From Nitrospinota bacterium (GTDB taxonomy: Bacteria; Nitrospinota; Nitrospinia; Nitrospinales; VA-1): a stretch of DNA of 64,000 nt. A program made the position numbers and the translations under genes. The stretch is taken from assembly GCA_009873635.1 (NCBI GenBank), contig WAHY01000009.1, forward strand, positions 44,181 to 108,180, written 5' to 3'. Position 1 is the first letter of the stretch; every line of letters starts with the position of its first letter. Below, one piece after another: positions 26,857-36,897 of the stretch. Under the pieces are notes generated by a model. It searched no databases and had not been told where the DNA came from. It saw only the letters and a list, made by a program, of their open reading frames with translations.

Positions 26857-27687
26857 ATGGGAACCGGAGAAATAAAAATCGCTGATGTCGACCACCCCTA
26901 TGCTAGGGAAAATGGTGTTGAATGGGCAGAGGAAGCCTGGGAGAGGGTTAAGCACGCTCCGGAGTTTGTGCGTCCGGGAATACGCAAGCTGATGGTGCAA
27001 CGTTGCGTTAAGAGAGGTTTTAAAATAGTGACTTCTGATTACCTGACCGAAATAAGAAATGAGTCCATGATGCTTGTTTCGAAAAGGGTCAAAGGCTTCG
27101 GGTTTGAAGAGTTGACGATGGATGCCTTTGATGTGGCTAAGGACAAAATGCGCCAGAGCCCACGTAAGGTGGAAGTGATAGAGGAGATAGAAGACTTTCT
27201 CTCCCTGCGCACTGAGAAAAAAGACGATATCGTTGAAAAATTTAAAAACTATATGGAAGTTGCTACTCCCCAGGGTATGCCTTGGAGCAAAGGGGCGCTT
27301 GAAAAAATGGAGAAGGTTCCACCCTTTGTTCTGGGTATGGCTAAACAAACCATCGAGGGTAGAGCACGTCAGCGTGGTGATAAGATGATCACGCCCGCTA
27401 TCATTGATGAGGTTTTTACCAATATTATGCCCGCATCCGCTAAAGAAGCTATGGGTATGGAAATTACCGAAGAAGACCTCAAACGCGATGAGCAGATAGA
27501 ACAGGAAAAGGAAGAAGCTGTTGAAGTTTCTCTTAAGTGGGAAGATGACGCTTTGGAAAAGGTCTCTCGAATTCCGATTCCTTTCATTCGTAATATGGCA
27601 GTTAAGCGTATTGAGCAAGAGGTTTCTAAAGAAGGAAAAGAAGTAGTAACGCTCCAGTTATTTGAAAAATATCGATTCACTTTTTAA
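26857..27687 (+). CDS. protein with three PCP_red-like (BchB/ChlB C-terminal) helical domains
   Basis: W.EEA.ER...PEFVR, WSKGALEKMEKVPPFV...RARQRG...IT, WEDDALEKVSRIP.PFIR...IE; repeats start at aa 23, 143 and 228. Confidence 0.8.
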   Translation: MGTGEIKIADVDHPYARENGVEWAEEAWERVKHAPEFVRPGIRKLMVQRCVKRGFKIVTSDYLTEIRNESMMLVSKRVKGFGFEELTMDAFDVAKDKMRQSPRKVEVIEEIEDFLSLRTEKKDDIVEKFKNYMEVATPQGMPWSKGALEKMEKVPPFVLGMAKQTIEGRARQRGDKMITPAIIDEVFTNIMPASAKEAMGMEITEEDLKRDEQIEQEKEEAVEVSLKWEDDALEKVSRIPIPFIRNMAVKRIEQEVSKEGKEVVTLQLFEKYRFTF

Positions 27688-27700
27688 TATTGAGGTTGCT

Positions 27701-27823
27701 ATGGCTACAGAAATAAATTGGGTGTATCCAATGGGTTTGGGGATTTTGGGGTCGTTGGTTCTGTTTTTCCTGAACAATCGTGTTCCTGTTAGACAAAAGT
27801 ATCAAAGGAGAACGCGAAAATAA
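27701..27823 (+). CDS. 40-aa single-pass membrane microprotein (absent from the ORF track)
   Basis: GAGGT RBS then MATEINWVYPMGLGILGSLVLFFLNNRVPVRQKYQRRTRK*; 13 nt after the upstream stop and before the terminator. Confidence 0.65.
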   Translation: MATEINWVYPMGLGILGSLVLFFLNNRVPVRQKYQRRTRK

Positions 27824-27905
27824 AAGTAAACGGGTAAATGTTAATTTATTTCGGATAATTGGGTGTTTGCAATATAGAGCAATACCTGACTGAATTTGAT
27901 TTTGG

Positions 27906-27939
27906 ATGCCTTCCTTAAAAATAGGAAGGCATTTTTTTT
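27906..27939 (+). terminator. intrinsic terminator
   Basis: ATGCCTTCCT-taaaaat-AGGAAGGCAT followed by a T run. Confidence 0.88.
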
Positions 27940-27970
27940 AAAGCTCTTATAAATCACTTCCAGAAACACT

Positions 27971-28873
27971 TTGAATATCACTGAAAAAAAAGATTTGCAG
28001 GATAACATTCCTCCGGGAAGGTTGTTTTGTTTTGGCTTGGGTTTTGCTGCAAGAGCCTTAGCCGAAAAGCTTGTTTCTCAAGGGTGGAGTGTCTCAGGAA
28101 CAGTTCGGGATGGGCAAAATGAAAGCCTGCCATCAACTTTATCAGCTATTAATTTTGATGGCACACATTCTTCGATAGAAGTTTCTAAGGCAATTTCCAA
28201 TGCCACGCATCTATTAATAACTATACCTCCACAACCCTCTGGGGATGTGATTCTTGAAAAGTTTGCCGAAGAAATTACTGCTGCCGCCAATATTCAATGG
28301 ATCGGATATATATCTTCAACGGGTGTTTATGGTGATGCTCATGGTGAATGGGTGGATGAGTCTTCACCATTATTGGCAACGACAGAGCGTAATCGCCAAC
28401 GCGTAGAAGTTGAGTCAGCCTGGATCAAACTGGGAAAGGAACAGGGGTTGCCAGTGATGATTTTTCGTTGTGTCGGAATTTATGGGCCGGGCAGGAACCT
28501 GCTGGTTTCTGTAAAGGAGGGACGCGCCAGGCGCATTGATAAGCCTGGCCTTGTTTTTTCACGTGTGCACTCTGAAGATCTTGCGCAAACATTAGCAGCC
28601 TCTATGAAAAATCCCCAGCCTGGAGAAGTTTATAATGTCAGTGATGATTGTCCTTGTCCTCCAGCGGAGGCGGTGGAGTTTGCCTGTGGTTTGTTGGGAG
28701 TCGAACCGCCGCCGCTTGTGCCTTATGAGAAGGCGGTACTTTCTTCAATGGCAAAGGGTTTTTATATGGCCAACAAAAGAGTTTCAAACGAAAAAATCAA
28801 AAAAGAACTTGGGGTGAACCTGCTATATCCAGATTACCGTTCTGGTTTGAAATCTTTGCTTGAAGATTTTTAA
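27971..28873 (+). CDS. NAD-dependent epimerase/dehydratase (YeeZ-like SDR)
   Basis: FGLGFAA, YISSTGVYGD, IFRCVGIYGPGR, FSRVHSED, KRVSN.KIK..LG. Confidence 0.9.
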   Translation: MNITEKKDLQDNIPPGRLFCFGLGFAARALAEKLVSQGWSVSGTVRDGQNESLPSTLSAINFDGTHSSIEVSKAISNATHLLITIPPQPSGDVILEKFAEEITAAANIQWIGYISSTGVYGDAHGEWVDESSPLLATTERNRQRVEVESAWIKLGKEQGLPVMIFRCVGIYGPGRNLLVSVKEGRARRIDKPGLVFSRVHSEDLAQTLAASMKNPQPGEVYNVSDDCPCPPAEAVEFACGLLGVEPPPLVPYEKAVLSSMAKGFYMANKRVSNEKIKKELGVNLLYPDYRSGLKSLLEDF

Positions 28874-28887
28874 TGGGTCGCTCTGAT

Positions 28888-29637
28888 CTAAAGTCCCGTT
28901 GGGTAGTCGAGGAATTCACTGGCAATGCCGAACTTTTGCTCTAAATGCAGACCCACCGATTTCACTCCTCCCGTCTCAGTGGCATAATGGCCGGCAAACA
29001 GTAAAATACAGTTTCCCTCAATAGCTTCATGGTAGTGATGGTTCGCGCCTTCGCCAGTGATATAGGCATCAAGTCCTTCACGGCTGGCTTGCTGGACTAT
29101 ATCCGCGGCGCCACCGGTTACCAGTCCGACAGTCTCAATCTCTCCTTCACCTATGACTTTGACGGGTGATCCAAGTTTCTCCTGTAATTCATGGGCAAGT
29201 TCTTCAGCGGATTTTTTGTGAACCGTTCCCTTTAAACCAATCTTAATGCCACCATATTCGCCAAACGGTTCTAGGTGTTCCATCCCGATCAAATCAGCCA
29301 GAGCCCGGTTGTTGCCCAGCACCGGATGCAGGTCGAGAGGAATGTGTGCCGCATACAAACCCAGGTTGGCGCTTATCATGGAAGAGATTTTTTCATAAAA
29401 AGGACCACGAAGCGGTAGCAGTCCACCCCAGAAAATTCCATGATGCACAAACAACATCTGGCAGTTCTTTTCTATGGCCAGATCAATGGTGGCCTGACAC
29501 AAGTCTACAGCAAGCCCAATTTTTTTTATTTCACCTGTATTTTGAACCTGTAATCCATTCAGGGCGTTAGGTGAATCGTTAATGGATGAGATATCCAAAA
29601 GGTTGTCGAGATAGTTGCTGAGTTGTAGAATGTCCAT
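28888..29637 (-). CDS. Nif3-like dinuclear metal centre protein
   Basis: NGLQV, VHHGIFW, AAHIPLD, ITGE, AGHYATE. Start set at ATG 29637. Confidence 0.93.
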   Translation of the reverse strand: MDILQLSNYLDNLLDISSINDSPNALNGLQVQNTGEIKKIGLAVDLCQATIDLAIEKNCQMLFVHHGIFWGGLLPLRGPFYEKISSMISANLGLYAAHIPLDLHPVLGNNRALADLIGMEHLEPFGEYGGIKIGLKGTVHKKSAEELAHELQEKLGSPVKVIGEGEIETVGLVTGGAADIVQQASREGLDAYITGEGANHHYHEAIEGNCILLFAGHYATETGGVKSVGLHLEQKFGIASEFLDYPTGL

Positions 29638-29676
29638 GATCGAAATTATAACTTCCAATGGGTTCTTGAGGCAATA

Positions 29677-30636
29677 TTGATCAACTTTATTTTAAGAAAC
29701 ATTTGGCAGAGGATTATTCTGCTGATATTTATCTCAATCATTTCACACTCGGTGATTCACCTGGCTCCCGGAGAACCGGCTTTGGTGGATCCTTCCAACC
29801 CGAGAATGAAAGCGGAAGATATCCAGCGTATTCGGGCCGCGTACCATTTGGATGAACCTCTTCACATACAATATGTATATTGGGTTAGAGACCTTTTTAC
29901 GGGAGAACTCAAGTCTTTTAAGGATAATCAGCCGGTATTAACTAAAATCTGGGACAGGTTTCTCAATTCCGTTCCCTTATTCATTGTTAGTAGTTTGATT
30001 ATTTGGTTTCTGGCCTTTCCAATTGGAATTAAAGCGGCCATAAACAGGAACTCTGATTTTGATAGAACCAGCACTTTTATTTCTTATGCGCTGATATCTT
30101 TTCCAGGATACTTCCTGGCTTATCTCCTTATCATTTTCATGGTCAAAACTTTTGATGTTCCTGTTATCGGCATGAGAACCTTTGGGTTGGAAGAAGCTCC
30201 GCTATTGTTTAAATCCATGGATCGAGTTTGGCATTTGACGCTTCCCGCATTGATCTCGGCAGTAGGGGGCATGGCTGTATTATCGCGCTACGTCCGTTCA
30301 CAAATGCTGGAGGTGATTCATCAGGACTACATGCGCACTGCGCGGGCCAAGGGACTTCCTGAAGATCAGGTGATCTATCGTCATGGACTGCGAAACGCAC
30401 TTCTTCCATTCATCACAATGTTTGGTCTGATGATTCCGGGTCTGATCGGAGGATCGGTTATATTTGAAACCATTTTTGCCTGGCCGGGGATGGGGCGACT
30501 GGGATATGAGGCTATTTTGGCGAGGGATTTCCCCGTAATTCTGACGCTGACTTTTTTTTCAGCCATACTGGTTTTGTTGGGAACATTGATTTCTGACATT
30601 CTTTATGGAGTGGCTGATCCACGAATAAAATTTTAG
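29677..30636 (+). CDS. oppB: peptide/nickel ABC transporter permease (OppB/DppB)
   Basis: HLAPGEP, RYVRSQMLEVIHQDYMRTARAKGL (EAA loop), ETIFAWPGMGRL. Confidence 0.9.
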   Translation: MINFILRNIWQRIILLIFISIISHSVIHLAPGEPALVDPSNPRMKAEDIQRIRAAYHLDEPLHIQYVYWVRDLFTGELKSFKDNQPVLTKIWDRFLNSVPLFIVSSLIIWFLAFPIGIKAAINRNSDFDRTSTFISYALISFPGYFLAYLLIIFMVKTFDVPVIGMRTFGLEEAPLLFKSMDRVWHLTLPALISAVGGMAVLSRYVRSQMLEVIHQDYMRTARAKGLPEDQVIYRHGLRNALLPFITMFGLMIPGLIGGSVIFETIFAWPGMGRLGYEAILARDFPVILTLTFFSAILVLLGTLISDILYGVADPRIKF

Positions 30637-30645
30637 GCAAAAATT

Positions 30646-31605
30646 ATGAACGAACAAATCGCCGACGCACTGCCACCTTCTAAAGGATTATTTCAGGAGC
30701 GTTGGACTATTCTCAAACGCAACCGCATGGCTTATGCCAGTTTTTGGTTTTTAATCATGTTATTTTTACTCGCAATAGTGGGTAAGGTTTTAACTCAGGA
30801 TATAGTTGTGTTTAATCCTAAAACAGTGCGGTTGTCAGAAAAGTTTTTGCCACCACTCACTCCATACACGAGCAAGGTCTCTACCGGGGATGACGCGCCT
30901 GCCTTGGGGATGTATTTGTTGGGCACCGACGAATTGGGAAGGGATGTGTTTGCCCGGATGATTGAGGGGAGCTTTGTATCTCTAACCGTCGGCTTTGTCG
31001 CTGTGGGAATATCGCTGACGGTAGGAATATTTTTTGGTGGTCTGGCAGGTTTTTATGGCAGGGTGAAACTGGGCTTCGTCACGGTCGATACGCTCATCAT
31101 GCGTTTTGTAGATATTATGCTTTGTTTCCCCAGCTTCTTCCTGATTCTGACCGTGGTCGCGCTGCTTCCTCCTAGTATTTACAACATAATGATTGTGATT
31201 GGTTTGACAAGTTGGATGGGAATAGCACGATTTGTCCGGGCAGAGTTTCTGGCTCTCCGGGAACAGGATTTCGTGATCGCTGCCAAAAGCCAGGCTATTC
31301 CCGAGTGGCGCATTATTTTTATTCATATGGTACCAAATGCTATAGCTCCTGTTCTGGTTTCAGCGACCATTGGTGTGGCTACGGCCATTCTGACCGAATC
31401 CGCTTTAAGTTTTCTGGGTTTTGGTGTGCAACCCCCGGACGCTACCTGGGGAAATATCATGGCGGATGGCAAGACATTTTTGTTCGACGCTCCCTGGCTG
31501 ATGTTTATTCCCGGATTCACCATCCTCTTTGTCGTGCTGGCTTTCAACCTTTGTGGTGAAGGGTTGAGGGAAGCATTCAATCCTAAACTCAGATCAACTC
31601 CTTAA
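30646..31605 (+). CDS. oppC: peptide/nickel ABC transporter permease (OppC/DppC)
   Basis: LLGTDELGRDVFAR, ARFVRAEFLALREQDFVIAA, ESALSFLGFG. Confidence 0.9.
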   Translation: MNEQIADALPPSKGLFQERWTILKRNRMAYASFWFLIMLFLLAIVGKVLTQDIVVFNPKTVRLSEKFLPPLTPYTSKVSTGDDAPALGMYLLGTDELGRDVFARMIEGSFVSLTVGFVAVGISLTVGIFFGGLAGFYGRVKLGFVTVDTLIMRFVDIMLCFPSFFLILTVVALLPPSIYNIMIVIGLTSWMGIARFVRAEFLALREQDFVIAAKSQAIPEWRIIFIHMVPNAIAPVLVSATIGVATAILTESALSFLGFGVQPPDATWGNIMADGKTFLFDAPWLMFIPGFTILFVVLAFNLCGEGLREAFNPKLRSTP

Positions 31606-31619
31606 AGGCATGGCGTCCA

Positions 31620-33593
31620 GTGATTTTTGTCGAGCAGGTTAGTAAACAATTTGGTTCAAAAATATTGTTTCAGAATGTCAGCTTCCATTTGCGTCAGGGA
31701 GAAAAGGTGGGGCTGGTGGGGGAAAACGGTACAGGCAAGACCACTTTCTTTCAAGTGATAACAGGAGGCGCGATGCCGGATCAGGGCAAGGTAACACTGC
31801 GAAAGGGATTGCGCCTGGGTTTACTGGAACAGGAAATGGAAGGCGGTAGCGAAACCGTTCTTGAAAGGGTGGTGCTTGGAGATCCACATTTCTTCAAGGT
31901 GAAAACCGAAATGGAGAGGTTGGAGTCGGATCAGACTTTCCATGAACGATATGGGGAGCTGCAACACGAGTTTGAACGCTTAGGGGGTTATGACCGGGAA
32001 GCCAGGGCAAAAATCATTCTTCAGGGACTGGGGTTTAAATCCGGACAATGGGATCAACCTCTTGACCGGTTGTCAGGTGGCTGGAGAATGCGGTGTGAGC
32101 TTTCGCGCTTGTTGTTGCAAAGTCCTGATATTTTATTGCTGGATGAACCGTCGAACCACCTGGACCTGAAGTCTGTTGTATGGCTGGAGGATTTTCTGAA
32201 ATCCTATGAAGGCAGTGTCCTGATTATTTCTCATGACCGCAGGTTTTTAAATTCCCTGGTGAGCCGGATCATTGAACTCGACCGCGGGTCGCTTTCAGTT
32301 TATACCGGAAATTATGACGACTACGAAAAACAGAAGCAGGATAAGGCAGCATTGCTGGAGTCCCAGGCCGCAAATCAAAGCCGAAAAATTGCGGAAGTCG
32401 AACGTTTTATTGAAAGGTTCCGAGCCAAAAATACCAAGGCAACTCAGGTGCAAAGCCGAATAAAAATGCTGGACAAGTTGGAGCGGGTACAAACGGTGCA
32501 GGGCACAAAGGCGATTCACTTCCGTTTCCCTCAGCCTGTGAGAACGGGGCGAAATGTTTTGGAGGTTAAAGAAGTCAATAAGGCGTATGGAGATCTCAAG
32601 GTTTATGAAAATTTTTCTATCAATCTTGAAAGAGGATGGAAGGTGGCCTTGGTGGGAGAAAATGGGGCGGGAAAATCCACCCTTTTAAAACTGATGGCAG
32701 GTGTGCTGCCGCCTGATGAGGGAGAAATCAAACTTGGAGCAAACGTTACAAGATCTTATTTTGCACAGCATCAGGCAGAGACATTGAATTATAGCCACAC
32801 GGTTTTTCAATCTCTGGAAGAATCTGCTCCCGGGCTTTTGCTCACTGAGAAACGGAATATTCTTGGCGCATTTTTGTTTGCCGGTGATGATGTAGAAAAG
32901 AAAGTTTCCGTCTTATCGGGAGGAGAGCGTTCCCGGCTGGCTCTGGCAAGAATGCTTTGTGGCGGAGGGTCATCAAAAAGTGGTAATGCCACTACACAAG
33001 CTCCTCCTTCCCTGATTCTGTTTGATGAGCCGACGAACCATCTCGATATGAGATCGCGGGAACATTTAGCGGCGGTGCTCTCTGACTACGAGGGAAGTCT
33101 TGTGATCATCTCCCATGACCGGTTTTTTCTGGATGGCTTTATCAACCGCGTCTGGGAGGTGGATGGTGGAGAGGTTAAGGACTACCCGGGACATTATAGC
33201 GATTATGAGTGGGCTAAATCCAAAGAGGTGCAAGGTGTTGAGGCGTCAGATAAAGTTGTAAGAGAGCCTTCGTCATCACAGTTAAATAAGGAAAGGAAAA
33301 AAAAGGAAGCCGAAGAAAGAAACCAGCGTTATCAAAACCTGAAACCTTTGCAGACAAGATTGGTGGAGGTGGAGTCAAGACTGGAGACTTTAATGCAAAC
33401 GAATGAGGATATCCAGTCACGGCTTGCAGAAACCTCCATATATGAGAACGATCAAAAATCCCGTTTGCTGGAAACTTTAGAAGAACAGAAAGCACTTAAG
33501 GCTGAAGAAAAAATTCTGATGCGGGAATGGGATGAACTGACCATTAAGATAGAGCGGATTGAGAGTATGGCTGAAAGCGATTCAGGGATTTAA
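31620..33593 (+). CDS. ABC-F family ATPase (Uup/YheS-like)
   Basis: Two ABC domains (GENGTGKT, LSGG, LLDEP; GENGAGKS, LSGGE, FDEP), no TM, C-terminal coiled coil. Confidence 0.93.
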   Translation: MIFVEQVSKQFGSKILFQNVSFHLRQGEKVGLVGENGTGKTTFFQVITGGAMPDQGKVTLRKGLRLGLLEQEMEGGSETVLERVVLGDPHFFKVKTEMERLESDQTFHERYGELQHEFERLGGYDREARAKIILQGLGFKSGQWDQPLDRLSGGWRMRCELSRLLLQSPDILLLDEPSNHLDLKSVVWLEDFLKSYEGSVLIISHDRRFLNSLVSRIIELDRGSLSVYTGNYDDYEKQKQDKAALLESQAANQSRKIAEVERFIERFRAKNTKATQVQSRIKMLDKLERVQTVQGTKAIHFRFPQPVRTGRNVLEVKEVNKAYGDLKVYENFSINLERGWKVALVGENGAGKSTLLKLMAGVLPPDEGEIKLGANVTRSYFAQHQAETLNYSHTVFQSLEESAPGLLLTEKRNILGAFLFAGDDVEKKVSVLSGGERSRLALARMLCGGGSSKSGNATTQAPPSLILFDEPTNHLDMRSREHLAAVLSDYEGSLVIISHDRFFLDGFINRVWEVDGGEVKDYPGHYSDYEWAKSKEVQGVEASDKVVREPSSSQLNKERKKKEAEERNQRYQNLKPLQTRLVEVESRLETLMQTNEDIQSRLAETSIYENDQKSRLLETLEEQKALKAEEKILMREWDELTIKIERIESMAESDSGI

Positions 33594-33776
33594 CATTCCT
33601 TTCCTAAGAAGCCACTCAAGGTCCCTGTCGTTCATGCATGTTGCCAGGTAATGCACCTGGTGCCTGGTCACTTCCCGCTCACCATTCATCCACTCCGAAA
33701 CGTACTTTCTTAAAGCTTTTTTAGAAGGTTCTTCGCCAGGTGATATAGCTACTGGTTTATTCCCGTGAGATTTCAT
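33582..33776 (-). CDS. small hypothetical protein (64 aa)
   Basis: ATG with GGAG RBS 8 nt upstream; globular-like composition; 12-nt convergent overlap with the ABC-F gene. Confidence 0.6.
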   Translation of the reverse strand: MKSHGNKPVAISPGEEPSKKALRKYVSEWMNGEREVTRHQVHYLATCMNDRDLEWLLRKGMLNP

Positions 33777-34011
33777 TTCTTTACTCCGGGTTTGGGTCTG
33801 AAATCGACTACACGATAGAAGAACATAACAACAGGCGTGCCAAATGAAAGGTTGGAAGGTGTAAATAGAGTTTTATGAAGATTAAAGCTCTATTTTATAA
33901 GGGGAAATAGTTCTTGTCTGTTCGGGGGTAGGGACTTGCATATAAAATTTCAGCATCAATAGCATATAAAAATTTCTAGAAGTTTTTACAGAAAGAGTAA
34001 AAATATTTAGC

Positions 34012-34557
34012 ATGGTCGAGCTCCATACAATAGTTCTGGTTTCTGTTTTATTGCTTTTGGCGGCGATGGTGATTTTGCCGATTTTTTTTGGCGCTCCATG
34101 GCATCCGCTACTTCCAGGAACAATAAGGAGAATATTGCGATTTGCTGAAGTTCAACCTGGCGAAACCATCTGTGATCTCGGTTGTGGTGAGGGCCGTGTT
34201 TTGATTACTGCGGCGAGGGAGTTCAACGCTCATGCGGTCGGTGTTGAAATAGATCCTTTAAAAATTTTACTGGCCCGTTTGCTGGCGAGGATCAACGGGG
34301 TTGGTGACAAGGTCAAATTTGTCCGGGGAAACTTGTTTGACTTTGACCCTGGGTCTTCAGACGTGCTTTACCTTTACCTGACCCACCAGGCGATGGATAA
34401 ATTGTTCCCGGAAATTTTAAAGAAATTGAAACCTTCCGTAAGAATTGTCTCTTATAGATTTTGCCTGCGAGGTATGACACCAGAAAAAATCAGTGAAGAT
34501 AAAACTCTATTCCTCTACCAACTCGATAAAGGAAGTAAGATAAACAGCTACTACTGA
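34012..34557 (+). CDS. membrane-anchored class I SAM-dependent methyltransferase
   Basis: N-terminal TM, GAPWHP, DLGCGEGR, GVEID, LYLYL, RIVS. Confidence 0.88.
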   Translation: MVELHTIVLVSVLLLLAAMVILPIFFGAPWHPLLPGTIRRILRFAEVQPGETICDLGCGEGRVLITAAREFNAHAVGVEIDPLKILLARLLARINGVGDKVKFVRGNLFDFDPGSSDVLYLYLTHQAMDKLFPEILKKLKPSVRIVSYRFCLRGMTPEKISEDKTLFLYQLDKGSKINSYY

Positions 34558-34745
34558 GCGTGGGGCTGGTGAGCAGTAGCAAAAACTTGCTGGCAACAGT
34601 TTTGCCCGGCTTTAACCGGTTTTGGGTTATTTAAAATAACCTTCCCCCATTAGGGGTGGGGAGATGAAAAACTTTCTAGGTGCAGATTTTCGGTTCGCAA
34701 TTATGTTATCTAATGCCGAGACAAACGCTTGTTTGCTCATTAACT

Positions 34746-36773
34746 TTATGGCTGATTACCTGCGGAGTTGTCCGCCCATTGGACCATGCCTTCCCAGATA
34801 TAACCGGACCTGCCTTTATGTTTCACCACCAGCCAGTTTTTATTGTTGAGTTCAATGTTTGTCCGTCTTACCAAACTCACTTCTTCCCCTTTTCTGAGCT
34901 TGGCGATATTGGGAAAAACGGGACCAGGACCTTTCTTCAGTTCAACCCCATCGGTCACAACCTTTAAACGTCTACCGGGTGGAGACTCTACCACAGGTGT
35001 TTGTAGTGTTGGCTCTTTCATGGCTGTTTCTGCTGGAGCTGGTTCGGCCACAACAGGTTTTGGAACGGGTGCTATGTTTTGTGGTGGGGTGGGCGCGGGT
35101 ACCGAGGTAGCCGGTGGGGCAGGAGATGGTGTACCAGAAAACCTGGCGATTTTTGGAGCTTTTGGCTGCTCGGTTGGAGCAGTTTGAGTCACGACAGGTT
35201 TTTTCATGACGGGAGCGGGAGAGGGTTCGGGTGCCGGGACTGAGGCAACATCTACCCCAATATTGTCTACAAATTTCACAAATATTGGATTAGAAACTAA
35301 ATGGTCTGTGGGAGAGACCATTGCCTTGACGCGATAATATACGGGTTTAACACGGTCTATGCCGACATCTCTCCATGTTAAGTCATAAGGAAGAGAAACA
35401 GTTTCTTCTTTCACCAGGGTTCCGTTACGGATGATCTGTATCTGGGCTGTTTTGTTTCCACCCTGCACTGAACGAAGTTTCATGCTGATGGCGGGAAAAT
35501 CAGTTGAAACCAGTTCTTCTCCCAAAGTTACTTGATTACCCGCTTTTTGGTCTTTGACTACAAACTCATCAAGTGAAAGCCGGTTCGCATCGGATTGCCG
35601 GACGGCATACATCCTGCCCTTTTCCATTGCTTCAAGCACAGCCTCATGGTTTGTTTCCCGTACAAGAAAAATGGTGCGCACGGACCCCAGACTATCCCCA
35701 TTCTGGTTTTCGCAAAGATAGTCATTAGACCCTATTCCCCATACGGGTTTTCCCCTCTGGCCATCAAGATATTCAATGAGCACCTGGTCCCATTGCTGAC
35801 CGGGTTCTGTCTGCCTGATAGGTGTGTCGCCAACGGCCTGGAATCCTGTGTAGTTTTGTGTTTTTAACAGATCATCAGGGTAGGGTAGGGTTTCCAGAGA
35901 CAGGGTATCTTTCTGGCTGATCCCGGTGTTTATTTCCATGTGGTTCCAAAAAACCAGCCCTCCTTTGGAGGTGGTAAAATCTATAAAGTTTTGATATGGC
36001 TCCATGCCTTGATCGCCTTTGTAAGCATCAAAGGGCGTGCTTTGAAAAGGATGATTGTTCACGGTCAGCAGGGCAAAGAACAACATAAGTGGTACTGTGA
36101 TTTTTCGGGAATAACCTTTATATACGGCTCCTACGGTTAGCAAAAATATGAAGCCGATGATCAAGAAATCATTTAGAAACTCATTGATATAATTTTTTGA
36201 AAAATTACTGTTGGGTAAGGGTAGTTGTTCGTATTCTTGTGCGGAAGGCAGTCCAAATACCAACATATGTTTATCCCGGTTATGGGCCATCAGGTTTTTA
36301 TCATAGTGACTTCCGGTCCAGAAATAGAAGGGAATGGTTTCCACTCCCGGAATTAGTAAAGTGCGTTCAAACTTTCGGTCGTTATCTTTAATTTCTGACA
36401 AATACCCTCCTGCTCCCCGTTCGAGCACAGAAGGTCCCTGATATATGTCCTTAAAAATTTTTTCAAAAGGTTTGACTCCGAACTCTATGGAATTACGGGC
36501 AAAGTCTGAAAATAAGACTGCGTCTATTTTCTGCCGTTCTGCCTGATTGGCGATATCGGTAATAGGTGAACAACCTTCGCTGAAGTTTGTTTTAATATCG
36601 GCAATACCATCAATCTGAATATAAAGGGCGAAAACGGTGGCAGGGAAGATAGCCGACAGGATTCCAAGAAAGGTCATTGTGCCAAGGCATCTTGATACAA
36701 GTTGATTTTTGAAAAAGCGAATCGATTTCCTGCGAATCAAGGTATAAGCACCTCCAACTATTTGATCCTTCAA
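34746..36773 (-). CDS. exported/membrane PHP-fold-like protein with Pro-rich linker and C-terminal bacterial SH3 domain
   Basis: PHP-like strand order (IADIKTNFSEG, VLFSD, PGVE, HMLVFG, FWNH, GSND), two TM helices, PAPEPSPAP linker, ELKKGPG...GYIW SH3b-like tail. Confidence 0.65.
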   Translation of the reverse strand: MKDQIVGGAYTLIRRKSIRFFKNQLVSRCLGTMTFLGILSAIFPATVFALYIQIDGIADIKTNFSEGCSPITDIANQAERQKIDAVLFSDFARNSIEFGVKPFEKIFKDIYQGPSVLERGAGGYLSEIKDNDRKFERTLLIPGVETIPFYFWTGSHYDKNLMAHNRDKHMLVFGLPSAQEYEQLPLPNSNFSKNYINEFLNDFLIIGFIFLLTVGAVYKGYSRKITVPLMLFFALLTVNNHPFQSTPFDAYKGDQGMEPYQNFIDFTTSKGGLVFWNHMEINTGISQKDTLSLETLPYPDDLLKTQNYTGFQAVGDTPIRQTEPGQQWDQVLIEYLDGQRGKPVWGIGSNDYLCENQNGDSLGSVRTIFLVRETNHEAVLEAMEKGRMYAVRQSDANRLSLDEFVVKDQKAGNQVTLGEELVSTDFPAISMKLRSVQGGNKTAQIQIIRNGTLVKEETVSLPYDLTWRDVGIDRVKPVYYRVKAMVSPTDHLVSNPIFVKFVDNIGVDVASVPAPEPSPAPVMKKPVVTQTAPTEQPKAPKIARFSGTPSPAPPATSVPAPTPPQNIAPVPKPVVAEPAPAETAMKEPTLQTPVVESPPGRRLKVVTDGVELKKGPGPVFPNIAKLRKGEEVSLVRRTNIELNNKNWLVVKHKGRSGYIWEGMVQWADNSAGNQP

Positions 36774-36888
36774 TTGTTAGTCATATTAAAACATAGAGTT
36801 GGAATACTCTCTATCTAAAACTTGTAAAAGGATTGAATAGCTTGGTAAGGGATATAGTGGCTAAATTTTTTTGTGGTCTGGTATTTTA

Positions 36889-36897
36889 TGTTATACT
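36889..36897 (+). promoter_or_regulatory. extended -10 promoter upstream of the romR-like gene
   Basis: TGTTATACT (TGn + TATACT), implying a 5' UTR of about 180 nt. Confidence 0.45.

Noticed and set aside
26851-27618. 255-aa antisense ORF over the PCP_red gene
   Set aside because: Fully antisense to a coherent gene; composition reflects reverse-frame codon bias.
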